DNA of 64,000 nt from Octopus bimaculoides (taxonomy: Eukaryota): positions 26,865,918 to 26,929,917 of the forward strand of contig NC_068987.1 of the NCBI RefSeq assembly GCF_001194135.2. The letters run 5' to 3'. How positions within the stretch are numbered: position 1 is the stretch's first letter; each line of letters starts with the position of its first letter. A program made the position numbers and the translations under genes. This document shows positions 38,826 to 52,364 of this stretch, piece after piece. Under the pieces are notes generated by a model that worked only from the letters and a program-made list of their open reading frames with translations, had not been told where the DNA came from and did not search any database.

Positions 38826-39404
38826 AATAGAGAAAGAGAGAGAGTGTGTGTGTGTGAGAGAGAGAGTTTCTAAAATTTTCATTGCTTTTCCTTTTCACAG
38901 TATACTCAAGATGATCAGCAAAAATTTCACTTTTAAAGCATTTCTAGTATTACGTGATCTGGCAGAATCATTATTACGCTGGAGAAACTGCTTCGCGGCG
39001 CTAATCCATTCTTTTTTACATTCTGAATTCGACTTAGCCTAACATTCCTGCAGTGTCGATAAAATTAAGTTCCAGTCAAGTACTGGGGTCAATATATCTG
39101 ACTTATTACGTCCTCAAAAACTGCTGGCTTTGTGGCAAGTTTTGAAACCAATAATACGGGAAAGATTATTTCTGTAATTCATATTTATGTAATAAACTCG
39201 TAATCCTATAATGTAGCCTATGTAATATGTTCCTGCTGAAATATATTATTGCTGAGAAAATATCCTCTCTTAAACGACAACTTATTTGTTGCATACTTAC
39301 CAATAATGTAAGTATTCGGTTGCCATATCATATGATCTCATCGGAAATCTAAATAATTCCGCCCAAATTTCAGAATATGCAGCGTATGTAGGTTCTCTAC
39401 TCTT

Positions 39405-39785
39405 TTTAATTATTGAATTTTTTTCTCTGAGGAAGGAGCTGGTTTCTAGCAAAGATACAAAGCTTCATCTTTGGAATGTACTTAACAAAAACAATGTCAC
39501 ATTTTAAACTTGCAAAAAGTCTTCCATATTTTTGCTGTTCTACTTTCAGATTGTATTTGTAACGTGCAATATACTTATTTGATTTCTTTTTCTGAAAATC
39601 TTAGCTTGTCCAGATAGTGATTTGGAAATTTACTCACAAAACCAAGTTCACTAATTATTATTCGTATAAATATGAATTTATAACCTGGATATAGAAGCTG
39701 GCGGTTCTCCTGCTTGTCCCAACAACAATATCCGGCCTGTTAAATTTACACTTGACAGATGTCTTGATGAGAATGTTCCATCAGT
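39405..39785 (-). mobile_element. 3' fragment of the same RLE LINE family as 31630-34960
   Basis: WNILIKTSVKCKFNRPDIVV..LLYPGYKFIFI..LQIQS..KIWKTFCKFKM* parallels the C-terminus of the 31.8 kb copy. The 3' UTR segment (GCTGGTTTCTAGCAAAGATACAAAGCT) resembles 31675-31700. The 5' junction is a (TG)/(TATG)n run. Confidence 0.75.
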
Positions 39786-40239
39786 ATGTGTGTGTGTATG
39801 TGTGTGTATGTATGTATGTATGTATGTATGTATGCACACAAACATATTTTCGTTTGTGGTTTAGCAAGACTACCAATGCTTTCATGTTAAGAGGGTACTC
39901 TTAACATTTTCAAGCTTCTTATATAGGGTATTCGTATTTGTCTCCACTTTGATTATAGTCAACTGATATAAAGCAGCACAACCATTGAATATTTCAAGAC
40001 AACTGGAGAAAAACACAAATGTAAATTCATCCAATCCGACATCGTGCAGTCTTCTCGAACTTCAGAAACATGCTCCAAAAGGCACTTGGGTTTAGTAATA
40101 CAGTAATATTGATATACCTGGTATAATGAATACAAAGAAGTTATTGCTTTTTACATTAATTTTCCGATTAGTTGAAAATGAATAGGATGAACTATTTGAT
40201 GTCATTAAGTGGAGCTATGATGCGGCAGGTATAGCTGAT

Positions 40240-41150
40240 CTGCTTAGCCTTCACATCTTAGATGTCCTTAAAAATAGAGACAGAACAATCAGATACGGGG
40301 CTATACAGGGACAACGGTTTTGGAGTAGAACATAACAAAAAGGGACACAATGTGGATAAGATATGGAGAAAAATTGTGCAAATTATTTAGCCAACTGAAC
40401 CTAAGAACAACAATTAACAGTAACCTCAATGAAGTCATTTCCTATCTTTAATATGAATTTTGGTACAGGCAAATATAGGCCCTACCCTAAACCATATGTG
40501 AGTACCTCCTATACTTACATAAGCTTTAACAACCCACCACCCACAATCAAACAGTTACACAATAGCATTAGTAAGCGCGTTTCCAACATACCCGCTGGAA
40601 TATTATACTTTCAAAGAGGCTGTCCCATACTAGAACGCTACATTCGAATGGTCCACCTGTAAGCGTATTGAACCAAATATAGAGAGACCAAAAAGACGTA
40701 GAAAGGGGAAAATTTCATGGTACAACGTATGTATATAGCATGAATGTAGTCACGAACAACTATCTACAGTTGCCTCCCCAACATAGGGTGGCTCAATTTC
40801 AACAACAATAAAAACAACATTAATCATACCCCACGAAATATCCTGAAATTGTACATCTCCGAACACCAATCCCTAGAAAAAAATTAGTATTCAAGGCCAG
40901 CATTACGGATTTGAACAGAACAACAAAAACTTACAATGAACGGTCGTGAAACACTTTCCAAGAGAGATATAAGCAGTATCTGGTTTCGTTCAGAAAGTGT
41001 ATCGATTGGGTTTAGTAATTCACATCTAACCATCACTAATATTGAAGTATACTGCACCCAACTGGACCAAATGATTCAGAAACCTACAAAGAAACCCGCG
41101 AAAGTCGCATTGAGGCGAATAAAATGTTTTTGTAGAGTCATAAGTTAACG
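40240..41150 (+). mobile_element. Penelope-like retroelement remnant (RT thumb, linker and GIY-YIG), disrupted
   Basis: NFGTGKYRPYPKP..YISFNNPPPTIKQLHNSISKRVSNI matches the PLE motif YRPYRKP..SNHPP.IIKQLP.SI.KRIS. Downstream are RRRKGKISWYN and a GIY-YIG-like LVFKASIT..TKTYNERS*NTFQERYKQYLVSFRK. Confidence 0.75.
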
Positions 41151-41843
41151 TGTACTAAAGTATCGATAATCTTTTATCATTTGAATAGGATTAGCTGTGA
41201 TTTCTGGAAGCTGGTTGCCACTTCATAATATCTGTGCAGCACGGCGGCCTGATATGGATGTTGCTTTTTGAAATCTATTATAAACGGCTGTTTTAATATG
41301 TATGTGGTTTATATGAATTTTGTTGATATATAGTTTGGAGAAGGTTACTAATGAAAGTTAAATCAATGCAGATTGTCACTAGAGATTAAGGGCAAGATGA
41401 TGTCTACTGCAGTAATAATCAGCGCTTCAGTGACGGTAAAATGTTACACCGGCGTTGCAGAATATATTAACATCTCGATTACAGTCACCATCGAGATAGA
41501 ATTTCTCTACGTTTTATACTTCGTAGATTATAATAGGAAAGAAGGAAAGCCAAACTATCAGAGTGTAAATTAGGTAGCAGAGTATCTGATTTGTTGATGA
41601 GCAATATCACATTACATTAATTTGAATGCACAAGAGTTTTAACAAGTGCGGTGAGGTTTATACAAATTAAATAATTAAAACAGTTCTGTGGACAAAAACT
41701 CAAGTAAATGGAGAATAGTCCCTTCAAAAATATATCCATGCAGTTTTGAAATAGAAATCATTGTAAAATAACACATTCCTTACCAATTTATTATTTTTGA
41801 AATTAGCATTTTACGGGTTCTCGGTAATAATAATAATGTTTAA

Positions 41844-41907
<64 letters not shown>

Positions 41908-41909
<2 letters not shown>

Positions 41910-43454
41910 TGGATGCGGTTACAAATGCTATGGAAAAACATTCAGCCACCTTTTATATATGGATGACCNNNNNNNNNNTCTAAATTAGACAGAAAAACAA
42001 GAAAAATAATGACAGGATATAGGATGCATCACCCAAAATCTGACATACAAAGGCTATATATACAACGCACAGAAGGTGGCAGGGGTCTTATACAGTTGGA
42101 AAACTATTATAAGATAACCACCATAGGACTGCAAAAATACCTAGTCCAGAAGCAATGAAAATTAATACAAATAGGCACAAAACACGAGCAAAACAAAAAA
42201 CTGTTTTCAGTATTTAAGGAAGCTGACAAATACAAACAAGAAATCAAACTACCTAACAAATACGAAGAAGAAGAAGAAGAAGAAGAAGAAGAAGAAGNNN
42301 NNNNNNNNNNNNNNNNNNNNNNNNNNNNNNNNNNNNNNNNNNNNNNNNNNNNNNNNNNNNNNNAAGAAGAAGAAGAAGAAGAAGAAGAAGAAGAAGAAGA
42401 AGAAGAAGAAGAAGAAGAAGAAGAAGAAGAAGAAGAAGAAGAAGAAGAAGAAGAAACAACAAGAAAAGCTATAAAACAAATGAAATCCAAACTAAAACTA
42501 GAACAGCAACGGACCATGATAAAACGATGACAAGAAAAGCCCCTATATGGTAAATACTGGGTTAAACTAAATGCAAATGAAATAGACAGATAAAAATCGT
42601 AGCAATGGCTGAGAAGCTCAGGACTCAAAGTAGAGACTGAAGGATTTTTAATTGCTGCACAAGACCAGAGCCTCCCCACCAGAAATTACCAAAAAGATAT
42701 AATGAAAAGAAACATAACAAGTTACTGTAGAATTTGTGGAGATGGACAAGAAACAATAAATCATGTTATCTCTGGCTGCCCAGTCTTGGCTAAGAAGGAA
42801 TATATTCACAGACACGACAGAGCTGGGACCTATATACACTGGAAGCTATGCCAACACTATGGAATAACNNNNNNNNNNNNNNNNNNNNNNNNNNNNNNNN
42901 NNNNNNNNNNNNNNNNNNNNNNNNNNNNNNNNNNNNNNNNNNNNNNNNNNNNNNNNNNNNNNNNNNNNNNNNNNNNNNNNNNNNNNNNNNNNNNNNNNNN
43001 NNNNNNNNNNNNNNNNNNNNNNNNNNNNNNNNNNNNNNNNNNNNNNNNNNNNNNNNNNNNNNNNNNNNNNNNNNNNNNNNNNNNNNNNNNNNNNNNNNNN
43101 NNNNNNNNNNNNNNNNNNNNNNNNNNNNNNNNNNNNNNNNNNNNNNNNNNNNNNNNNNNNNNNNNNNNNNNNNNNNNNNNNNNNNNNNNNNNNNNNNNNN
43201 NNNNNNNNNNNNNNNAGGTGCCTTAGGTATAATAAAAAAATATTCAGACAAATACATAACAAAAACACCAGGACTTACAAATATATATAACATACAGAAA
43301 ATTGCACTACTGGGCACAGCACACATCCTACGCAAAACACTTTCAATATAGTAACCATAACAGCACCACAGCAAACCACAGCACATACCCAAGGCGCACA
43401 GAGCTGCGCTCGGTAGTGAAGTGAAAGCACGTTATAAAAATAAAACTACTGAAC
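41908..43454 (+). mobile_element. RLE-type LINE (Dong/R4-like), 5'-truncated, inside (TAA)n
   Basis: Translation gives TFSHLLYMDD, LDRKTRK..MHHPKSDIQRLY..EGGRGLIQLE, GLKVETEGFLIAAQDQSL, the CCHC knuckle CRICGDGQETINHVISGC, RHD, and the C-terminus IQKIALLGTAHILRKTLSI*. TAA arrays lie on both sides. Confidence 0.9.
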
Positions 43455-43519
<65 letters not shown>

Positions 43520-43520
43520 T

Positions 43521-43870
43521 ATGAAGATGGAGTATGGACTCTCAAAATATGATACGATGGTGATGAGACGAGGAAATATTTTCAGAACAGAAGGCATATG
43601 CTTGCTAAGTGGTAGATTCAAGAAGGCAATTCAACCTCAATCCAACTATAAATACACGAAAATACTTGAGGCAGATGGAATCAAACACCACGACATGAAG
43701 GAAATAATGAAAACAGAGTACTTGCAGCGAATGAGAAAAATATTAGCTTCAAAGCTTAATGCCAGAAACATAGTTTTGACAATAAACTCAAGGGCATGCG
43801 CAGTAGTTCGGTATGGCGTGGGAATCCTGAAGTGGACAGAGGAAGAGCTAAAGGAGATGGACAGGAGCTC
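43521..43870 (+). mobile_element. Dong/R4-like LINE RT fragment between TAA arrays
   Basis: MEYGLSK..YKYTKILEADGIKHHDMKE..KLNARNIVLTINSRACAVVRYGVGILKWTEEELKEMDR is the late RT/thumb region of this clade. Confidence 0.85.
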
Positions 43871-43892
43871 CAACGAAAGCTGTGATAAAGTG

Positions 43893-43966
<74 letters not shown>

Positions 43967-44765
43967 AACAACAACAACAACAACAACAATAATAATGATA
44001 ATAATAATAATAATAATAANNNNNNNNNNNNNNNNNNNNNNNNNNNNNNNNNNNNNNNNNNNNNNNNNNNNNNNNNNNNNNNNNNNNNNNNNNNNNNNNN
44101 NNNNNNNNNNNNNNNNNNNNNNNNNNNNNNNNNNNNNNNNNNNNNNNNNNNNNNNNNNNNNNNNNNNNNNNNNNNNNNNNNNNNNNNNNNNNNNNNNNNN
44201 NNNNNNNNNNNNNNNNNNNNNNNNNNNNNNNNNNNNNNNNNNNNNNNNNNNNNNNNNNNNNNNNNNNNNNNNNNNNNNNNNNNNNNNNNNNNNNNNNNNN
44301 NNNNNNNNNNNNNNNNNNNNNNNNNNNNNNNNNNNNNNNNNNNNNNNNNNNNNNNNNNNNNNNNNNNNNNNNNNNNNNNNNNNNNNNNNNNNNNNNNNNN
44401 NNNNNNNNNNNNNNNNNNNNNNNNNNNNNNNNNNNNNNNNNNNNNNNNNNNNNNNNNNNNNNNNNNNNNNNNNNNNNNNNNNNNNNNNNNNNNNNNNNNN
44501 NNNNNNNNNNNNNNNNNNNNNNNNNNNNNNNNNNNNNNNNNNNNNNNNNNNNNNNNNNNNNNNNNNNNNNNNNNNNNNNNNNNNNNNNNNNNNNNNNNNN
44601 NNNNNNNNNNNNNNNNNNNNNNNNNNNNNNNNNNNNNNNNNNNNNNNNNNNNNNNNNNNNNNNNNNNNNNNNNNNNNNNNNNNNNNNNNNNNNNNNNNNN
44701 NNNNNNNNNNNNNNNNNNNNNNNNNNNNNNNNNNNNNNNNNNNNNNNNNNNNNNNNNNNNNNNNN

Positions 44766-44806
<41 letters not shown>

Positions 44807-44839
44807 TGATAAATATATACATTATAACCGTAATAATGC

Positions 44840-45230
44840 ACAGTACGGTTATAAAATATTTAATGAAATCATAAATCATCTCATTTACATGGATGAGTTT
44901 AAGCTATTTGCAAAAAAAAAAAAAAAATTACCAACAAATCAAGGGCTTACTAGCGATTGTTAAACAATTCAGTGATGACATCAGGATGTAATTTGGCCTT
45001 GATAAATGTGCAAAAGCTACCTTTATCAAACGAAAATTGACAGAAACATCTAACGTTAACCTTGACCAGCAGAATGTCCATAAAAGAGTTAGAACCAGCG
45101 GAGAGCTACAAATACCTAGGGGCAATCGAAGGGGACGAAATCAAACATGCCTTGATGAGGGAAATGATCAGAAGAGAATGTTATCGCAGGGTGAAAGCAA
45201 TACTGAAGACAGAGCTGAAGGCAAGAAAAT
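44840..45230 (+). mobile_element. Dong/R4-like LINE RT fragment
   Basis: YGYKIFNEIINHLIYMDEFKLFAK..FSDDIRM*FGLDKCAK..ESYKYLGAIEGDEIKH..RRVKAILKTEL, with frameshifts. Confidence 0.85.
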
Positions 45231-45246
45231 AATAATAATAATAATA

Positions 45247-45885
45247 GGGCGGATGGAATTAAATACAACGACATGAAGGAAATGAGAACAAGAGGAGTAC
45301 CCGCGGTAATTGAGAAAAATATAGTCTTCAAAGCTGATTGCCGGAAACAATTTCGGCAATCAACTCGCGCGCAGTCGCAGTAGTTCGATATGGCGCTGGA
45401 GGAGCCATATTGACAGAGGAGGAGCTAAATGAGATGGACAGAAACTCAAGAAAGCTTCCAAAGATGCATGAAGTCCATCATCCACGTGCTGACACTGATC
45501 GCCTATACATGGAGATAGGAAATTGATGAAGAGGACTGGTAAGTGTGGAACACTGCGGACATATCGAACTCGAGAGTTTAATGAGATACATAGACCAAAG
45601 TAAGGACACCTTGCTAGCGTAGGTAGGAACGAAGGAGTATTGAAAACAGAGAATGAAGGAAAAACAGAGGAAAAAGTACAAAACAGACATGAAGAGCATT
45701 ATACTGGCAGCGCAAGAACAAGCTTTGTCCACGAACTGGGGAGTCAGCCTTAGGAATGAGCAACTGTCTCCGCTATGCTACATCTGTAATAGAGTGGCTG
45801 AAACCATTGCCGATATCACGAACGAATGCCCTAGACATGCCCAAAACTACTACAAGTTGTGGCGACACGTTCAGGATGCAATTCT
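45247..45885 (+). mobile_element. Dong/R4-like LINE fragment, internally deleted
   Basis: AINSRAVAVVRYGAG..EEELNEMDRNSRK..HHPRADTDRLY..ILAAQEQALSTN..CYICNRVAETIADITNECP..WRH. Confidence 0.8.
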
Positions 45886-45889
45886 GGAG

Positions 45890-46035
45890 GTAGTGGGGTT
45901 AGTGCATTATATCAATCAAAATTCTCAACGGATACTTATTTTATAGACCCCGAAACACGCAAGGCAAAATCGACTTCAGACAGACGAAATGTTGCTAAGC
46001 GCTTTTTCAGGCAGGCTAACGATTCTGGCAGCTCG
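45890..46035 (-). mobile_element. degenerate Meta-like SINE
   Basis: ATAGACCCCGAAA..AAGGCAAAATCGAC..GACGAAATGTTGCTAAGC..GCTAACGATTCTGGCAGCTCG, internally deleted. Confidence 0.7.
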
Positions 46036-46498
46036 TATTAATAATAATAATAATGCACTCCCACACACATGTATACCTTCATACATGTCCATTCACTCAG
46101 GCGCTTAAATCCATGGCGATACACATACATGAGTGAGTGAGTGAGTGTGAGAGAGNNNNNNNNNNNNNNNNNNNNNNNNNNNNNNNNNNNNNNNNNNNNN
46201 NNNNNNNNNNNNNNNNNNNNNNNNNNNNNNNNNNNNNNNNNNNNNNNNNNNNNNNNNNNNNNNNNNNNNNNNNNNNNNNNNNNNNNNNNNNNNNNNNNNN
46301 NNNNNNNNNNNNNNNNNNNNNNNNNNNNNNNNNNNNNNNNNNNNNNNNNNNNNNNNNNNNNNNNNNNNNNNNNNNNNNNNNNNNNNNNNNNNNNNNNNNN
46401 NNNNNNNNNNNNNNNNNNNNNNNNNNNNNNNNNNNNNNNNNNNNNNNNNNNNNNNNNNNNNNNNNNNNNNNNNNNNNNNNNNNNNNNNNNNNNNNNNN

Positions 46499-46578
<80 letters not shown>

Positions 46579-47357
46579 TGCTAAAACAAATGTGAAGAAT
46601 TCGCATAACATAATTTAATAAAATGGCAAGTTGAGCTCTAATTCTGATTCTGATCGGTTTTTTACATTTATATTTCTCATTGTCACTTAATAGCAAGTAT
46701 TTTATTCGAAATGGCCCCACCAATTTATCTCATTACCCATTAGTCTGGTGAATGGTAACACATGGAAATAAAGAAAGAATTTTCCCAAACACTTGGGCGT
46801 TTTATTGTATGATGATGAATATTTGCGGCATTTAATGCCTCACCAGTAAATTATGATAATAATAGGACCTAAATAATGCACACCAGGTGCAATTATTTAT
46901 TCTTCACTGTTGCTTTTATTGCTTTATGTAATTTGCAGTTGTGAATAGTTGCTCAACCGAAGTGAGCATGCATATCTGTATGAATCATGTATGCCTTAAA
47001 TAGAATACATCCAAATACAAGGGATTCGCAATAACTATCTCACAAGAAAGTTGATTTTACTTCAAATACCACGGAAACATCCATAGTATATTAAATAATT
47101 CGTTTTAAATACTTTTTCAATATAGAATATTATTTTTGGCTTTTTGATTTTTTTAAATAACCCAATCAAAGAATAAAGTGACATTTTACTGGTCATATTG
47201 CATTGAGAGTTCGTTACGAATTAATGATGGCTATTAAATGACAATGCCAAAGAGAAATATAATTACAATGAGAATAAGAGCGGAACTTGCAATTTCCTAA
47301 ATGAGAAAGTTATCCTCCGACTGATTGCTTATGGCAAAGTGGACTCCGCTAAACATA

Positions 47358-47742
47358 TGTGTGTGTTGGCACTCCGTCGCTTACGACGTTGAGGGTTCCA
47401 GTTGATCCGATCAACGGAACAGCCTGCTTGTGAAATTAACGTGCAAGTGGCTGAGCACTCCACAGACACGTGTACCCTTAACGTAGTTCTCGGGGATATT
47501 CAGCGTGACACAATGTGACAAGGCTGACCCTTTGAATTACAGGCACAACGAAACAGGAAGTAAGAGTGAGAGAAAGTTGTGGTGAAAGAGTACAGCAGGG
47601 TTCGCCACCATCCCCTGCCGGAGCCTCGTAGAGCTTTAGGTGTTTTTGTTTAATAAACACTCAGAACGCCCGGTCTGGGCATCGAATCCGCGATCCTATG
47701 ACTGCGAGGCCGCTGCCCTAACCACTGGGCCATTGCGCCTCC
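47358..47742 (-). mobile_element. full-length tRNA-derived SINE with a perfect 15-bp TSD
   Basis: A box TGGCCCAGTGG and B box GGATTCGATGCC. TSD ACTCCGCTAAACATA at 47343-47357 and 47743-47757. The 3' end has a CGTCG-TAAG-CGACG hairpin and a short (AC)n tail. Confidence 0.92.
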
Positions 47743-48254
47743 ACTCCGCTAAACATAAATGCGGTGACATTAATGAGGGGATATTTCAAGTTTACGACGC
47801 AAAAACTATCTGATTAACAAATTGCTATAATTTCAGTTTAAAATACCTGTAAACCGAACGTATCCAAAAAGTACAATAAAACATATAACTATCGTGAAAT
47901 ATGTTTAACATACACACAAAGTAGAATATTCAATGTCGTATGTCTTTAATTAATCCCATGGCATCGTAAAGCAGCTTGCGGAACTAATGATTACTATTCA
48001 TTAGAATTCAATTATAAAAAATATAATAAAATGGTGAACCCGTTGGAAATATTCTTCTGAAATCCAGTCAGATATTTTCATAGGCAAAAAGTAAATTTTG
48101 GAAGCAAGGATTGGCAATTGATTGAAACAGTCTTTTTACATGGCGTGAGAAGTGCTTATGTTTGAATTGGTTTAATTTCGAATTGACATCTGATCCATTA
48201 TTTTTGGCTATGTACACAAATTATATTCATAGCTTAAAATAAACTACTAAGGAT

Positions 48255-48365
<111 letters not shown>

Positions 48366-50489
48366 CAAACAAACACACACATACACACATATACACACTC
48401 ACAGAGCATTGTTGGATTAATGATTGATGTCAGAGTTAAAATTGATTGAAGTTTAGTGTAGATATACATATTAAGAACATCAGTTCCCTCTCTAAAACTG
48501 AAGTGACTAATCAAAACTGTTAAACCATTCATATTTCGATATTTAAAACAGAAAAAAAAACAGCTTTACTGTTTTCGATGTTTGCCAACATCATGAGCGC
48601 CTTTTCTACTTGCTTTGATATGAAAATGTTACAATTGAACGTAGTATTTCCTTCTTATTGTATTTCTAATCGTTCAAGCCAACAGGAAAAAAAACAAAAA
48701 AAAAAACACTTAAAGCTTAGATAAGAAAATAATATTACGCCAGTTAAATACACCATTGGTACTAAGGCCTTTGTTGTTGATGATTGATCATGCATCTGTA
48801 CCTGTATGCAAAGATTTTGGCATGGGTTTACCTTCACCCTACCAGCAATGTTGTCCTGGGAACATACGTTTTCCCAAAATTAATGGAACTTCTAATTATT
48901 TCTTGTTACAGCCGTTGCCACCAAGAGCTGAAGAGCTGATATAGGTAACGTGCACACAATCTATTGGCCGAGATCAGTAAAAGATTAAAAACTTGTAAGT
49001 AAACGCGTACGTTTTGTAGCACAAGTTATTATGACTCGTGTGACATTCTATTATAAGACTTTGTGACAATTAAAAATAATTATTAATTAACGTTACTATT
49101 ATTTTATTAATTCGATATATTCAATGACGAAAGAAATGTAAGACATCTGAAATGCATCCCAGTTGAATAGATTTATCTAAATAATTGCTTTACAAATATC
49201 TATCAACAGAAGCCAGTCAATATTTTATACATTTTTTTACTACTGCTATTTCGATATTCATGGTGACGGAGATACGATATATATGATTTCAGTCCCTTGC
49301 TAATATACTAGTAAGATTCCTGTGTGTGACGATGACACCTATGAAAGAAGTCGATATGTATACGGATTTGATGGCTTAGTCAGGGGAGAAAAAGTGTCAT
49401 CCATGACATTTTCTGGGCCTTCTAATGCGGGAAAGGGGTGACATTTTCCTGAGACCGAAACACTTCACTTGTATGCTTCTAATTGACTCGATATTCTTAA
49501 CATTGCAATGGACGAGCTGTTAGTTTTAAACCCAGCTATTGATTATCGTTCCAAAATATAATCTGTTAAAGGTGGTCTCCTTATGGTTACTGTGTTTGCA
49601 ACTGTATGAATTGGTAGAAATAACGGCGAATATTTTAGTCTGAACCACCGTTGTCTCGTGTTTGTCGCTATTTGATATCTACTGCTATGTCTTTGTTATT
49701 TGTGTGGTGAACAGTTCAAATGTGGTGTGGTGGACAGTTTAAAATGTAATATGTCAGCGAAAAAGTAACTAGGCAGTCACTCTGTGAGCTAGATACTCAG
49801 GTATTAAAAAATAAGGACACATTATAGATAATGCTGCACAGATACACTATAACCACAACAAATTTACAAGGGCCAGTGTTGGTACGCCTTCAACCAGAAG
49901 TTTTTCCACGAGGGCTTTTACAATTTAGAGCTTTATCCATTTGTACATATTATTACTGTTAAAATAGACCTGTTGTCATTATCATAATTTAGGTAAATTA
50001 ACTAAAAACATCCACTTTTACTTTTACACTTTAACTAGAAATGTCAGGTCTTAATTTGACGATGTTTTAAATCTTTCAAGATGAGGCATGTTACCTATTT
50101 TATAGTGCGAAACCACTGCATTTGAAGTTGTAGAAAATAACGTCGGTCTCTGGGCAGATATGACCACATTATATAGTATTAGAAATATAAACGTTTTATT
50201 TTCTGTGGTATAATTGAAAGAACATTGATTAATATCAATTCACAATAACGTAAACGACAGTGCTTATCTTAGTCCGATATGTTGGGAGTGTAGTTTAACA
50301 TTTTTCAGGGATAGAAAGAAACCTTTAAATTATTGACATTTGATAAGAGAAATGTTTGTAGATGAGTATCAAACCAAGTTCATTTTAAAAAAATATTTTG
50401 CAGATAAGAGAGATTACTTTCGTCGTGATAAAAACGAAGGTGGATAAACAATCTTAATAGCATCTTTTTATTTGTGCATAATAGTATAG

Positions 50490-50565
50490 CCTAGTCCAGG
50501 AATCGAAACGATAATCTTACGATCCTGAGTCCAACACCATAACCATTAAGCCACGCGCCTTCACA
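50490..50565 (-). mobile_element. isolated tRNA-like SINE head
   Basis: Minus strand reads GGCGCGTGGCTTAATGGTT..TTTCGATTCCTGGAC. A and B boxes are degenerate and there is no convincing cloverleaf. Confidence 0.55.
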
Positions 50566-52364
50566 GCTTCAGTGTCGTTGTAGGGAAATTTCAATCAAGG
50601 ATATCATATAGATTGTTCGAATCTATCGGTCAACTATTTTCATTTAAAACCAAACGTATTGAATAGTGTATTTTTCATAGGAATGTAGTCGGTGGCTATA
50701 ACTGCTATCACATGAGCAACTTGGTTGGCGTAAAATTGCTCTTGATGATTTTAAAACCAAGGAATAGATGTGTCGTTAGTTCTCAATTAAATAAGCATCA
50801 AATCAAATCAGTGGGTAAGAGTTTATATGAGTGATACGCCAAACATATAGATTACCCCTTTATCATAGGAGATTCGGTACAAAGTTACAAAAAAATAAAA
50901 ATAAATATAGTGTTTTATCAATTTATTTCTAATCAACGTTTATAATTTATCGTAAAAATATTATTTCGTAATCGATGCAAATGCTGTTAAAATTATCCTT
51001 AAAAATCAATCATTTCTATATTTTTTCTATATCAAATTTATACGGAAATGGAATAAATAGATGATGGTATCCTTTTTGCTTTATAAAACTGATTATAAAA
51101 CAACTTAAATTTAACGTACAAACGTTGCTACCTTAATTATCTGATCATTATTTGGATGTTCTTGGTATACATTGGGGAGTAGATATAATGTAGCTTAGCA
51201 ACAATGGGTATAATAGGTTCAAACAAGCACTAGGTAACATTGAAGGTTTGATAAATTAGATAACACGGAAAGATAAATTCGCTTTAATAGCAAAGATAGA
51301 GAAATAATATAATTTCTCTCTTGTTGATCTTGAAAAAAAAAAATGTTTGCTTCAACATTTTATTTGATGTTGAAATCAAATAGAACGAATGCTAATCTTT
51401 AAAACTGGTAAAACTAATCTAATAAAAATAATATAATTGTGGACTATTTCAACATATATCATCGCGAAATTCTTTCAGATAAACGTCAGAAGAGGAATTA
51501 AAAGTTAAACGAAAATTTCTGAGAAGTTTGTATCGATTTCGATAATTTAACATTATTTTTAAATGATTAACTTCAGCCACTATTTTCTATATGTCAAATA
51601 TTTACACGTGATAAAATTTTTGAAAAACTAACAGATAAAAATACGACAGGGTTTTAGAATGATTTCAATTAATTTATACTGTATTCAAAATTGTGTTCTG
51701 CATCTTTAATGTCAGTGTCTATAACAGTATGACAATAACACAGAGATACAACAATACTTGTTCATAGCTAAGAGTAAAAGTTCATTCAAATCTGGATAAT
51801 TTATTGCAAAATTTTTAACAAAACATTCTTTAGAAGAATATAAAGAGCATCAACAAATATGACATTATATTACAAGAAAAAGACCCAGCTAACAGTAACA
51901 AAGTGATCAGAAACCTATCTGTAGTTTGATACGATATTAAAATGTTTAATATGTGTTCTAGTTTTTATCTGGAATCTGTACCTCCTCTTCAACTTGAGCA
52001 TATTTCCGGGCATTACAAACTTTTTACAAGTAAGCTCTTTATGTAGTCATCTTGAAGGGTTCGTCCAAAAACAAAAAGCACATACTACACATAACCTTCA
52101 TATAAATCCAATCTCTCAGGTAAATCTGTATACTTGATTAATGCTTAGAAAATAGTAATTAAAGAGAATACTCAGTGTAGGATTCTAAATAAAAGTCCTC
52201 TTATTATAACACAAATTTGTATCACGTTTGAGAAATCAATGTTTGTATTTGTAATCTTTACAATAGGACTGGGTAGTGAATAAATGTTTCCCTTTGGTAC
52301 AGTCCTTTCGGAAATGATAATGGTTACAAACTGTAATCCATGGACATCAACGTTAGGTTGAGGA

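Noticed and set aside
50490-50565. Possible tRNA gene (also the heads at 25910-25989 and 47680-47742)
   Set aside because: There is no complete cloverleaf, and the other two heads are joined to SINE bodies.
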